Assembly (NCBI GenBank): GCA_045563055.1
Contig: JBJKUR010000007.1
Location: 70,913-134,912 of the forward strand
From: Alphaproteobacteria bacterium
GTDB taxonomy: Bacteria; Pseudomonadota; Alphaproteobacteria; Methylaequorales; Methylaequoraceae
Length of the DNA: 64,000 nt
Direction: 5' to 3'
Shown one piece after another: positions 1 through 8,869 of this stretch. Positions within the stretch are counted from its first letter, which is position 1. Every line of letters begins with the position of its first letter. Both the position numbers and the translations under genes were made by a program. The notes under the pieces were generated by a model, which ran no database searches, had not been told where the DNA came from, and saw only the letters and a program-made list of their open reading frames with translations.

Positions 1-53
1 GAAGGCCAAAAATTTAAAGGTGAGTTTTCATCAAGCCAAATTGTTTCGCAAAA

Positions 54-398
54 TTAAAAACACTCAAGTTCTGATGCCGCTTGAGCTCTAAATAATTTTT
101 GCATTCTATCTTTAGATAATCCAACACTTTTAAATGCTTCTTCTCTAGGGCTTGCCCCTTCCCATAACCTAGCAATTGCCTCTGCTTGGGCATATTCTTC
201 ATAATTCATACGCTTAGCTATTTCATCAATTGCACAAGAACATTTTGCCATAAAATCTCTGTTTGAAGCATTGGAGCTCATACATGCGAAAACAAATTCG
301 GACCTTGCTAAAGTTGGAAAGTCATTAGAGTTTGAATGTTCAGCAAAAAGTAATGTTAGTATGCAAGATACCATACTAAATTTTCTAAAACTTATCAT
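54..398 (-). CDS. hypothetical small exported protein (114 aa, hydrophobic N-terminus, several Cys)
   Basis: Intact ORF. Its ATG overlaps the TGA of upstream ORF 395..1225 (TCATGA), suggesting translational coupling. No family recognised. Confidence 0.5.
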   Translation of the reverse strand: MISFRKFSMVSCILTLLFAEHSNSNDFPTLARSEFVFACMSSNASNRDFMAKCSCAIDEIAKRMNYEEYAQAEAIARLWEGASPREEAFKSVGLSKDRMQKLFRAQAASELECF

Positions 399-1225
399 GA
401 TTTATTTTCCTTTCTTTGTTTATATTCTTTCCTAAGTTCTTTATTAGAACGGATACCCTGATATTGAAGAACCTCTTTAACCATATCATTTGGATCTTCC
501 AAATCTTTAATGAATGTTTCAATCTTATAAATATAACCGGGTATACTGTCAGACATTGTAATTCTAAATTTTTTTGTTTTGTATCTTGAAACTCTATTTT
601 TTAGCTCAGTTTCTGTAAATGGCTGAAAAGAAATCTCTTTTCCTTTAATGGTTTCATTGTTGAAGTCTATCTCAATTTCTTTAACATCAGTCGCTGCAAT
701 GGTATGTCTTATTCTACTTCTAAAGAAAAGGGCATTTCCTCCAGTAAGCCTTTGCATATCCCTGGAATCACGTTCAAAGAATAACATGAATACTGGGTTT
801 CCTTTTGCACCAATTTGTGGTGGAAACCTTACTTTATTTCTTCCTTTCAGATATCTAAACGTTATATGTTTGGTGTTGTCTTCTGCAACTTTAACTATGT
901 TTAAAACAACATTTCCAATAAAATTGTCTTCTCGAGTGGATTCTTTTTCGAAACTGTAATAAATTCTGGACGGTTCTGTGATTTTGCTAAGATGCTCGTC
1001 TATAAATAAAGCAATGTTAGCACTAGACATTTCCTTAATTAATTCTAGTTTAAATTCCTCTGTGCCCCATTTAGATCTTTTTTCCTCTGCATTCTCCGCA
1101 TCTGAGAAATCTTCTGCAACACTGTTCGAGGACTGTGAATAACTTTTATTGAATGCGAAAGTTATAGCTAAAAGAGTTGAAATTAATGCCAGATTAATTA
1201 ATAAGGTTTTTTTAATATTATTCAT
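395..1225 (-). CDS. hypothetical exported protein (276 aa, signal-peptide-like N-terminus)
   Basis: Intact ORF. The N-terminus KKTLLINLALISTLLAITFAF is signal-like. No family recognised. Confidence 0.5.
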   Translation of the reverse strand: MNNIKKTLLINLALISTLLAITFAFNKSYSQSSNSVAEDFSDAENAEEKRSKWGTEEFKLELIKEMSSANIALFIDEHLSKITEPSRIYYSFEKESTREDNFIGNVVLNIVKVAEDNTKHITFRYLKGRNKVRFPPQIGAKGNPVFMLFFERDSRDMQRLTGGNALFFRSRIRHTIAATDVKEIEIDFNNETIKGKEISFQPFTETELKNRVSRYKTKKFRITMSDSIPGYIYKIETFIKDLEDPNDMVKEVLQYQGIRSNKELRKEYKQRKENKS

Positions 1226-1277
1226 TGCGCTATATTTATGGTTTATTATTATAAAGTTTTCAACTATGTTTTTAAAT

Positions 1278-1769
1278 ATGTCAAAAAATTATAAAAATAT
1301 TTCTGTTATTTCAACCGGTTCCTGGGTTCCAAATGAGGTTGATCAGTTCAAAAATTTAAAAGGAACATATCAAGTTCAAATCAATGAATTGGTTTTAAAT
1401 GCTTCAATTGGCATTCATGAACATGAAAGAAAGAAAAAACAAAGGATATCAATTTCACTATCAATTAAAGCTATTGACAACCTCAGTGAAGTAAACGAAT
1501 CCATAAACAATGTGGTTTCTTATGAGGATATTATTAGAAAGCTAAAAAAATTGATAGGTACAGGACACATTGATTTAATAGAAACTTTAAGTGAAAAAAT
1601 TTTTGATTTATGTTTTGATGACCCCAGGGTCCTCTCAGTGTGGATGAAACTTGAAAAACTTGATGTCTTCAGAGAAGCAAAGAGTGTAGGAATTGAGATT
1701 TTGAGAAATAAAACTAATTATCAGAAAAAAAAGAAAAGCGAATCTAACATAACTAAAATTAAAAAATAG
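1278..1769 (+). CDS. dihydroneopterin aldolase (FolB)-like protein, pterin branch of H4MPT biosynthesis
   Basis: Motifs NASIGIHEHERKKKQRISISLSI and VSYEDI...IDLIETLSEKI resemble FolB. I chose ATG 1278 (or 1266) because the ORF-track start at 1149 overlaps the divergent gene. Confidence 0.65.
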   Translation: MSKNYKNISVISTGSWVPNEVDQFKNLKGTYQVQINELVLNASIGIHEHERKKKQRISISLSIKAIDNLSEVNESINNVVSYEDIIRKLKKLIGTGHIDLIETLSEKIFDLCFDDPRVLSVWMKLEKLDVFREAKSVGIEILRNKTNYQKKKKSESNITKIKK

Positions 1770-1782
1770 CAACATTTAAAAA

Positions 1783-2395
1783 ATGTGGATTTTTAAAATT
1801 GGTGGGAGTTGGATAAGTAACCCGAATTTAATAAAACTATTGCGACTTCTTAAAGACCTAAAATCTGAAGAGGATTTAATCCTAGTTTTCGGCGGAGGGA
1901 TATTTGCTGATTCTGTAAGGAAAGTTTATGCAAATATTAATATGACAGAAAAAACTGGTAACTTTCTTGCTCTAAAGTCAACAGAGATATTTTCTCATTT
2001 AGTAAATCAAATGTTTAGCCATACTTGTCTTATCTCAGACCCAAATGACTTGAGTGTAAAGACAGAAAAGTTAAAAATATGGATGCCATCAAAAACTCTT
2101 AAAAATGAAGCAACATTTATTAAGAATTGGGACTCTACTTCAGATTCTGTAGCTGCTTGGTTACATAACAGGATTTGTTCTAAAGGGTTGATTTTTATTA
2201 AATCTTTAACTTTAAAAAAAAAAATCCTATAAATTAAGTTATCTCAAAGGAAAGAACGTGTTGGACAAAAATATTGATAAATATTTATTAAGAAATGAAA
2301 ATATAAAAATTATTGGTCCAAATGTGATTAGTTTGTTAGAGAAATATAAAGATTTTTATCAATTTTCCAAACAACTAAATGAGGTTAGGCTTTGA
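1783..2395 (+). pseudogene. amino-acid-kinase-fold protein (MfnE-like, methanofuran/H4MPT cofactor cluster), frame broken in an A11 run as assembled
   Basis: The N-terminus FKIGGS...LILVFGGGIFAD is an amino-acid-kinase signature. The frame stops at 2230-2232 (KKKIL*). The next frame is open from the A-run 2214-2224 to TGA 2393-2395 (KKKSYKLSYLKGKNVLDKNIDKYL...QLNEVRL*). Confidence 0.6.
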
Positions 2396-2932
2396 TCCCT
2401 CAACAAAAAAAAAAATGGGCTTGGGTTCTAACAGGTTTCCGGACATTTCTTTACTGAAACAATTGATTTAATTAATATTTTAGAGAACGTTGATTTATAT
2501 ATTTCAAAAGCAGCCGAGGAAGTTTTAGTAATGTATAAAAAAAAGGGGATGATTTCTAATAAAATTAAAATTTATAGAGATAATTCAGCAAGTTCTGCAT
2601 CGGTAGGAAAGTTTTATCAAGGCAAATATCACTCTTGTGTAATGGCTCCAACCTCCAGTAATACAGTAGCAAAATGTGTTTGCGGAATATCGGATACCAT
2701 TGCAACTAATATTTTTGCCCAATCCGGGAAATGTAAAGTTCCATGTATTTTCTTCCCATGCGATACAGCACCCGAGCTCAAAACAATGGCACCAAGCGGT
2801 ATTGTTGATGTATTTCCTAGAAAGATTGACTTGGAAAATGTAGAAAAATTAAAAAAATTTGAATTTACAGAAGTTGTAATTAGCTTCGAGGAGCTTAAAA
2901 AAACAATTCTTAATAGAAAAAAAAATGTCTGA
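2392..2932 (+). pseudogene. AfpA/DmrB-like flavoprotein (candidate dihydromethanopterin reductase), frame broken at TTT 2436-2438 as assembled
   Basis: TTG 2392 (TTGA overlap with the previous stop) gives ..KKKKWAWVLTG and then a stop. Removing one T gives WAWVLTGSGHFFTETIDLI..., continuous with ORF 2531..2932. Motifs TGSGH and MAPTSSNTVAKCVCGISD fit the flavoprotein fold. Confidence 0.6.
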
Positions 2933-4302
2933 AAAAATATTATTTTTAACTGGAAAACTTGCAGAAAGACAGTTGAGAAGAATACTAAATTCAATGAAAC
3001 CAGAGTTTAGGTATAAAATTAATCAAATAGGAGTAAATGTGGCAGCACTAATGTCTGAAAATATTATTATGAGAAGGTTAGATAAGAATCAAGATGCAGA
3101 CAGAATTATAGTGCCAGGCAAATTTAGAGGAAGTTTAAAAAAACTGAGCAGATATTTTAATAAGCCGGTTGAGAGGGGGCCTGATGACATATCTCATTTG
3201 CCAGATTACTTTGGGTTAAAAAAACCTGACGAAACTTTAGAAAAATATGAGTGTGACATATTTGCAGAAATCGTAGATGCAGCTGATATAAGCCTAAAAC
3301 AAATTCTCTCTATAGCAAAGAAATATGTAAGTCAGGGCGCAAACGTAATTGATTTAGGTTGTATGCCAGATACGAAGTTTGAGCATTTAGAGGAAACGGT
3401 TCGAGCACTCAAGTCTCAGGGATTCAAAGTTTCGGTGGATTCAGCTAATCCTGATGAGCTCATAAGAGGGTCTAAATCTGGTGCTGATTATATATTGAGT
3501 GTAAACGAACAAAATTTAGATATTTTAAATGAAGTAAAAAGTGTGCCCATATTAATTCCATCTAAGCATGGAGATCTTCAATCCTTAAGAAGGTTAATAA
3601 ATAAAGTTAAAGGTATGGGAAGAGATTATTTCGCTGATCCGATTCTTGATCCTATCCACTATGGTTTCGCAAACTCTGTGGACAGGTATGTGAAGCTTAG
3701 AAGTGAATTTCCAGATATTAAAATTTTTATGGGCACTGGAAATTTAACCGAACTTACGGATAGTGATTCTGCAGGAGTTAATGCCACACTAATGGGTTTG
3801 GCATCAGAGCTATCTATTAATGCGGTTCTAGTTGTTCAAGTAAGCGAACATTGTAAAAACTCAATAAAGGAAACAGATGCTGCTAGAAAAATCATGTTTT
3901 TTTCAAAACAAAATAAAAGATTACCATTTAGGATTGATAATAGTCTAATGAGTATGTCAGAAAGAAAACCATCTAGAAAAACTAGAAAAGAAATTACAGA
4001 AATTAAAGACTTAATTAAAGACAAAAATTTTAGAATATATTTAGGACAAAATGGAATAAATATTTTTAATTCTGACATACATATAATTGATAAAGACCCA
4101 TTTAACTTCTATGATAAGCTTAATGTAGGTGATAATGCCAGTCACGCCTTTTATCTGGGGGTGGAAACTAGCAAGAGCACAGATAGCATTTGATTTAGGA
4201 AAAAACTATGATCAAGACAATGAATTAGAGTGGGGCATTGCGAAAAAAACAAACAAAAATTTGAATAAGAAACCTAAACTTAAATCCACGCAAAAAAAAT
4301 GA
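2925..4302 (+). CDS. dihydropteroate-synthase-like pterin-binding protein of the H4MPT cluster, C-terminal frame break as assembled
   Basis: Pterin-binding barrel motifs are GANVIDLGCMP, VSVDSANPDEL and ADYILSVN. The listed ORF ends at 4193 (..GVETSKSTDSI*). A +1 shift near 4157-4167 gives ..LARAQIAFDLGKNYDQDNELEWG..KK*, ending at TGA 4300-4302 in an ATGA overlap with the next gene. Confidence 0.7.
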
Positions 4303-4853
4303 TTTTTGAAACAATTATTTCAACTATAAATAAACAAGGCAAGGTAAACTTTGCCCCTTTTGGTATTAAAAGGTATAAGGACCATTTGTATATTTCACCC
4401 TACATACCCTCTACCACTCTCTCAAATTTAAATTTAACAAAACAAGCTGTTATAAATTATGTCAATGACGCCTCTTTTTTTGTAAAATGTATAGTTGGGA
4501 AAAAAAAATTTGAAAAAAAAAAAAGTTTTAATGTTAATGGTTATTATCTTTCAAAGGCACTTGCTCATGACGAGGTCGTGGTTGAATCTATAAAAGATCA
4601 TAACATCAGACCAACATTTAAATGTAAAGTCGTTGATAGATATTCACATGAAAGATTTGAAGGTTTTAACCGTGCTAATGGTGCATTAATTGAAGCATGT
4701 ATTCTTGCATCAAGAGTAAAAATTTTAAAAAAGAGTAAAATTATAAAAGATTTAAGTAACTTGACCTATGCAATAGAGAAAACTGCTGGTGTTAAAGAAA
4801 AAAAAAATTGGAAATTAATTAAAAGTTATATTCTACATGAATCATCAAAATGA
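4299..4853 (+). CDS. DUF447-family protein (MfnF-like, methanofuran/H4MPT-linked)
   Basis: 184-aa intact ORF. MIFETIISTINKQGKVNFAPFGI..., EGFNRANGALIEACILASR and the cluster context support it. The family name is recalled, not searched. Confidence 0.55.
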   Translation: MIFETIISTINKQGKVNFAPFGIKRYKDHLYISPYIPSTTLSNLNLTKQAVINYVNDASFFVKCIVGKKKFEKKKSFNVNGYYLSKALAHDEVVVESIKDHNIRPTFKCKVVDRYSHERFEGFNRANGALIEACILASRVKILKKSKIIKDLSNLTYAIEKTAGVKEKKNWKLIKSYILHESSK

Positions 4854-5593
4854 AAAAATAAAACTCTTTTAAAACTAAATTCTTAATTAGTGTTAAAAAC
4901 TTTCAAGAGATTTCAGAGGAAATAACTCAAAATGTTGATATTCTTGATTTAAAAGATCCTTCCAGAGGTTCGATTGGCGCCTGGCAAATTAGTGATATTA
5001 GAAAAACGAAATTATTCCTAAAATCAAAAATTAATATCTCTGCAACATTAGGAGATATATTTGATAATTATGAGTTTAAAGAAATGGCTCAAAAATTTGA
5101 TGCTTTAAATTTAAATTTCGTAAAGTTTGGATTGCTCTCAACCTCCAAAAATAAATTATTTGAGAAGTTAGAAATCATTCAGTCAATAAAACCTAAAACG
5201 AATTTTGTATGTGTGGTTTTTGCTGATCAGTCTACATCATTAGATCGTGTGATGAATGAATTGGAATTATTCAAATACTATGGAGTCAATACAATCTTAA
5301 TAGATACATTTAGAAAAAATAAAGGAGACCTTATGCAGATTTGTAAAATTGCTTTCCTAAAAGAGCTGATCAGGAAATGCAAAGAAATAGATATTAATGT
5401 TGGTTTGGCAGGTGGTGTTAAAGAATACCAAATAAAAAGATTGATAAGACTTCAACCATCAATTATTGGTTTTAGATCTGCTGTTTGCACCCAACATTGT
5501 AGGGACAATAAAATTGACGACTCCAAAATAAAAAGGTTGTCAGTTTATTTTAAATCTCCAATTAAAAGTGCAATTGAGACAGCAGGAGCGTGA
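4837..5593 (+). CDS. MfnB-like (DUF556) 4-(hydroxymethyl)-2-furancarboxaldehyde-phosphate synthase homologue, 5' frame break as assembled
   Basis: The frame is open from 4862 (..KFLISVKNFQEISEEITQNVDILDLKDPSRGSIGAW..) with no ATG/GTG/TTG before 5084. ATG 4837 in the adjacent frame joins it if one base is removed in 4860-4870. Confidence 0.6.
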
Positions 5594-6570
5594 GATGAAG
5601 CTTCTTTATTAAGCTTAGATGGAATTAGAAACTTCTCAAATTTAATTGTTTTGACTCCTCTTTTTTTTAAAAATTTATTTACTACTTCCTGCCCAACTCC
5701 AGAGAGAATAATTGGAAAGTCTTGAGCAGAGAATTTCTTTTGGATTTTCAAAAGATTAGCAAATACTTTGTTTATTTGGATAGAAGAAAGCTCAATACAT
5801 ATTTTCTTTATCAAAGATCTTTTACTTTTTTCATAATCAAAGCCAAAACTTCGTGAGATTCTTCTTGAGCTATTAAAATAACTTCTGTTTAGTCCATCAG
5901 CTGTTTTGTCTATATCTATGCTTGTATTTAGCTGTCCAATAACCTTGTTAACATCTGCGGAATCTGAAAAAAATTCAGGAATAATATTTAATAATCTTCC
6001 TTGAATTCTTATCTGCTGGCTTATTCCAAAGATTGGTGTCCTAGTAAAACCTGTGTAGAGTAATTCGTTGTTATTAAGTCGAGAGAAATCATCGTAATTT
6101 TTATTTAAGATTCGTCCTTTTTTTATTATTATAAAGTCAGTTGTTGTGGTTCCAAAGTCAATTACAATTGCATTTTTGATTCTTTTTTTTAAGAATCTAC
6201 CAATGCTATGCCAATTCATAGATATTATATTGGAGTAAGAGTCTTTCTTTAAAAATGAACTTTTAGATTTAGAATAGAAAAAACAATCAAAAATTAAATT
6301 CTCGCAAGATTTAAATATCTGCTTCGCTCCAAATTCTCTATTTTTAAAGCAATCACAAAGTTCCGCAGACATCGTTATGCCACATTTAATTTTTTTTTTT
6401 GTTTTTATTCTATTTAATTTTAATAGTTTTTTATCCAAATAGCTTTGGTTATTCCAAATTTTACAACTTGAATAATCTACATAAACAATTTGTTTGTTTT
6501 CGTTTACTCCAATTATCTTTAGGTTGGCGCCACCAATATCAATACCTAAATATGAAATATCATGGTTCAT
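5545..6570 (-). CDS. H4MPT-linked C1 transfer pathway protein (hydantoinase/BadF-type ATPase fold)
   Basis: The motifs YLGIDIGGANLKII and VIDFGTTTTDF are acetate/sugar-kinase-type phosphate-binding motifs. It is coupled by TAATG to the upstream ATP-grasp gene, as in methylotroph clusters. Confidence 0.65.
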   Translation of the reverse strand: MNHDISYLGIDIGGANLKIIGVNENKQIVYVDYSSCKIWNNQSYLDKKLLKLNRIKTKKKIKCGITMSAELCDCFKNREFGAKQIFKSCENLIFDCFFYSKSKSSFLKKDSYSNIISMNWHSIGRFLKKRIKNAIVIDFGTTTTDFIIIKKGRILNKNYDDFSRLNNNELLYTGFTRTPIFGISQQIRIQGRLLNIIPEFFSDSADVNKVIGQLNTSIDIDKTADGLNRSYFNSSRRISRSFGFDYEKSKRSLIKKICIELSSIQINKVFANLLKIQKKFSAQDFPIILSGVGQEVVNKFLKKRGVKTIKFEKFLIPSKLNKEASSHAPAVSIALLIGDLK

Positions 6571-7522
6571 TAAAATATATACTTAACCTTTTTGAGTAGT
6601 TTGGGCACTAAGTTGCTAAACTCCCCTTCCAGATAGAAATTAGTAATTTCATCTATAGTTTCTTGATTGTAAGAGTTTTTAAGTCCACAATATGCGCTTG
6701 TGAACCTTGGGTTAATTTCTAAGATTAACCATTTTTTATTTTCTCTGACAATATCAACTCCAATGACTCCAAAAAGACCTTTAAAATCTCGCACATATTT
6801 TTTTTGCTAGCGTTTCAATCTCCTCTCGATATTCTTCTAATCCACCCATGATACAACCAATTTGACTTATTTGATGCCGATTTATTTTTACGATTTGCTC
6901 ATTACAGCAAATTACTTTGCACTTTCCTTTATTGCAAAGCATTAAGAAACTTCCTTTGATACCTTCATAAAATTTCTGTAAAATAAACTTTTTTTTTCTT
7001 TTTTAAATTATTTGTGAAAACTACATTGCAAGAACCCGCTCCATATTCAGGTTTTGTTAAAACTAAATTATTTGAATCAAGGCTATTTTCATGAAACTCC
7101 ACTACAGGCAACTTAAATTTATTTAACTCATCAAGAGTTTTGATTTTAGAAGAAAAAATTTCCATACATTTCAAATCTGAGCTAAAAATATTTAAATACT
7201 TTCCAAACTTTAAATGAATATCAAATGATTTTTTTTCACTCTCCGGAGCAATAAAAATAACTTTAGAATTTTTTTTTACTTTTCTTAGTATATCTGTCAT
7301 ATTAATTTTATCATTAGTAAATAAATATTCAATTTTTTCTGATTTGATAGTTCTAAGACTTTTGTTTCTTATAACTCTTAATTTTGATAGTTTCTTTGCC
7401 CCAGCAAAATTTAAAGTTATAGAATCACAAATATTAAGCGCTTCAGAAATTAAATTTTTTTCAAATTGCACTTTCAAATTAGATTTTGATGTAAAATACT
7501 CAACTAAAATAAAATTTTCCAT
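6570..7522 (-). pseudogene. ATP-grasp ligase of the H4MPT/methanofuran cluster, two frame breaks as assembled
   Basis: Three collinear pieces: 7522-6965; a middle piece ..QKFYEGIKGSFLMLCNKGKCKVICCNEQIV..LAKKI; and 6794-6570 with GVIGVDIV..WLILEINPR. The joins lie in the T9 run 6989-6997 and the T8 run 6798-6805 (plus strand). Confidence 0.65.
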
Positions 7523-7533
7523 ATAATTGAATT

Positions 7534-8220
7534 ATGAACTTAATATTAGCAATCGATCTTTTGAATGGCAAAGTAGTAAAAGCTTTTGCAGGGTTAAGGT
7601 TTAACTATAGCCCATTAGTCTTTAAAAATAAAGATCTCTCAAATCCATTCGAACTAATCTTTCAAGTTAAACAAAAGATTAATCTTAGAAAAGTATACAT
7701 AGCTGATTTAAATTCAATAATGAAAATAGGTTCAAATAGCGAATTGATTGATAGGATTCTGGAACGATTCCCAGAAATGAGTTTCCTTTTAGATTGTGGA
7801 TTTGACTATCCAAAGAATGTGTATGATTTCCATATTAACAAGAGAAAGAAAAAATTAGAAAACTACAGGGTTGTTTTAGGAACAGAAACTCTAAGAAATT
7901 TTAGAATTAAAACATACAATTCATTTATGATTTTTGATATTTCTTTAGATTTCAATGGAAATGAAAAATCATGGATAAACAAATTAAAAAGTGAAAAGTT
8001 GAATTTTGGTTTAATATTGATGTTTTTGAATAAAGTGGGAGGTAGGGGAATAGACTTTGGTTTGATAAAAACCTTAGTAAAATTATTTCCCAAAAGAGAT
8101 ATAACCGTGGCTGGTGGTTTGAGTAGTTTAGGTCAAACTAATAAATTATCCAGGATGGGTGTGAGCAATGTTATATCATCCACTATGATACTTAATATGG
8201 TGACTAGGGACAAGATTTAA
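7534..8220 (+). CDS. HisA/HisF-family (beta/alpha barrel) protein of the H4MPT cluster
   Basis: LILAIDLLNGKVVKA.. at the N-terminus and ..ITVAGGLSS.. near the C-terminus resemble the HisA/HisF phosphate-binding ends. Confidence 0.6.
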   Translation: MNLILAIDLLNGKVVKAFAGLRFNYSPLVFKNKDLSNPFELIFQVKQKINLRKVYIADLNSIMKIGSNSELIDRILERFPEMSFLLDCGFDYPKNVYDFHINKRKKKLENYRVVLGTETLRNFRIKTYNSFMIFDISLDFNGNEKSWINKLKSEKLNFGLILMFLNKVGGRGIDFGLIKTLVKLFPKRDITVAGGLSSLGQTNKLSRMGVSNVISSTMILNMVTRDKI

Positions 8221-8315
8221 GTCCCTAGTGCTTATTTACTTGTAAAAAATGAGAACAACCTTGAAAGCCATCCACCATCATTAGCATTTTTCGATGGCTT
8301 CATGTCGGATGAATT

Positions 8316-8825
8316 TCATTTAGCTGCGAAAGGGTGCTCTGCACTATCTTTCTCAGCAACAACATCTTTTGCTTTTGGTTCGCCAGATACTGCTCTTTCA
8401 ATAGATTCTTTCGTAGCTTGATAGTTATACTCTTGAATTTTCTTATCATCTTCTGCTAACCAATGAATGAATACACCTACAGATATAAACAAGTCGTCAG
8501 CTTCATCAGCGGGTATAGTCCCCTCTGCAACACAATCCATTACTGCTTTAGCAACACCATGTTGAGCTGGTCCAAACATTTGAACTGCTTGTTTTGCACC
8601 TTTTATTGTTACTTTATTAAACATACAGGTGGCTGGTTTTGTCATAAGATTAGGCGCTACAACAGCAAGTAGTGCTGTAAAACCATCCTTATTATTAGTC
8701 AGGCTATTTGCAAATGCTGTTTCAGCGGGAGTACCCCTTGGACCAATGATTAAGTCGATGTGAGCTACTTCGTTGCCATCACCAACAAGTGACTCACCAA
8801 CAAGCATCTTTGTAATTTTTGCCAT
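8316..8825 (-). CDS. fae: formaldehyde-activating enzyme
   Basis: 169 aa. [31 protein letters not shown]...FGPAQ.GVAKAV is strongly Fae-like. Confidence 0.95.
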   Translation of the reverse strand: MAKITKMLVGESLVGDGNEVAHIDLIIGPRGTPAETAFANSLTNNKDGFTALLAVVAPNLMTKPATCMFNKVTIKGAKQAVQMFGPAQHGVAKAVMDCVAEGTIPADEADDLFISVGVFIHWLAEDDKKIQEYNYQATKESIERAVSGEPKAKDVVAEKDSAEHPFAAK

Positions 8826-8827
8826 AT

Positions 8828-8834
8828 TTCCTCC
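8828..8834 (-). promoter_or_regulatory. Shine-Dalgarno sequence (GGAGGAA) of fae
   Basis: The minus strand reads aatGGAGGAAatATG immediately upstream of the fae ATG. Strong SD sequences are rare in this window. Confidence 0.6.
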
Positions 8835-8869
8835 ATTTAGAGATTATTATAAGTCCCAATATAAATATA

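Noticed and set aside
1149-1277. N-terminal extension of the FolB-like ORF, and the small ORF at 14..202.
   Set aside because: Both overlap better-supported genes on the other strand. The conserved FolB-like core begins after the ATG at 1266/1278.
2214-2224. Programmed +1 ribosomal frameshifting or transcriptional slippage as a general explanation for the homopolymer breaks.
   Set aside because: Twelve independent genes would need it, some sites are only 3-nt runs, and I saw no shared stimulatory context. A technical artefact is more economical, but it is unverified.
4850-4861. ATG-AAA-AAA-TAA in frame with the MfnB-like gene, which could suggest stop-codon read-through or recoding.
   Set aside because: TAA is used as a normal stop throughout the window. 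An upstream ATG (4837) plus a one-base surplus explains the data in the same way as the other eleven breaks.
8265-8300. Inverted repeat AAGCCATC / GATGGCTT downstream of fae, between convergent genes.
   Set aside because: The 20-nt loop, only 8 bp of stem and no adjacent T-tract make it too weak to call a terminator.
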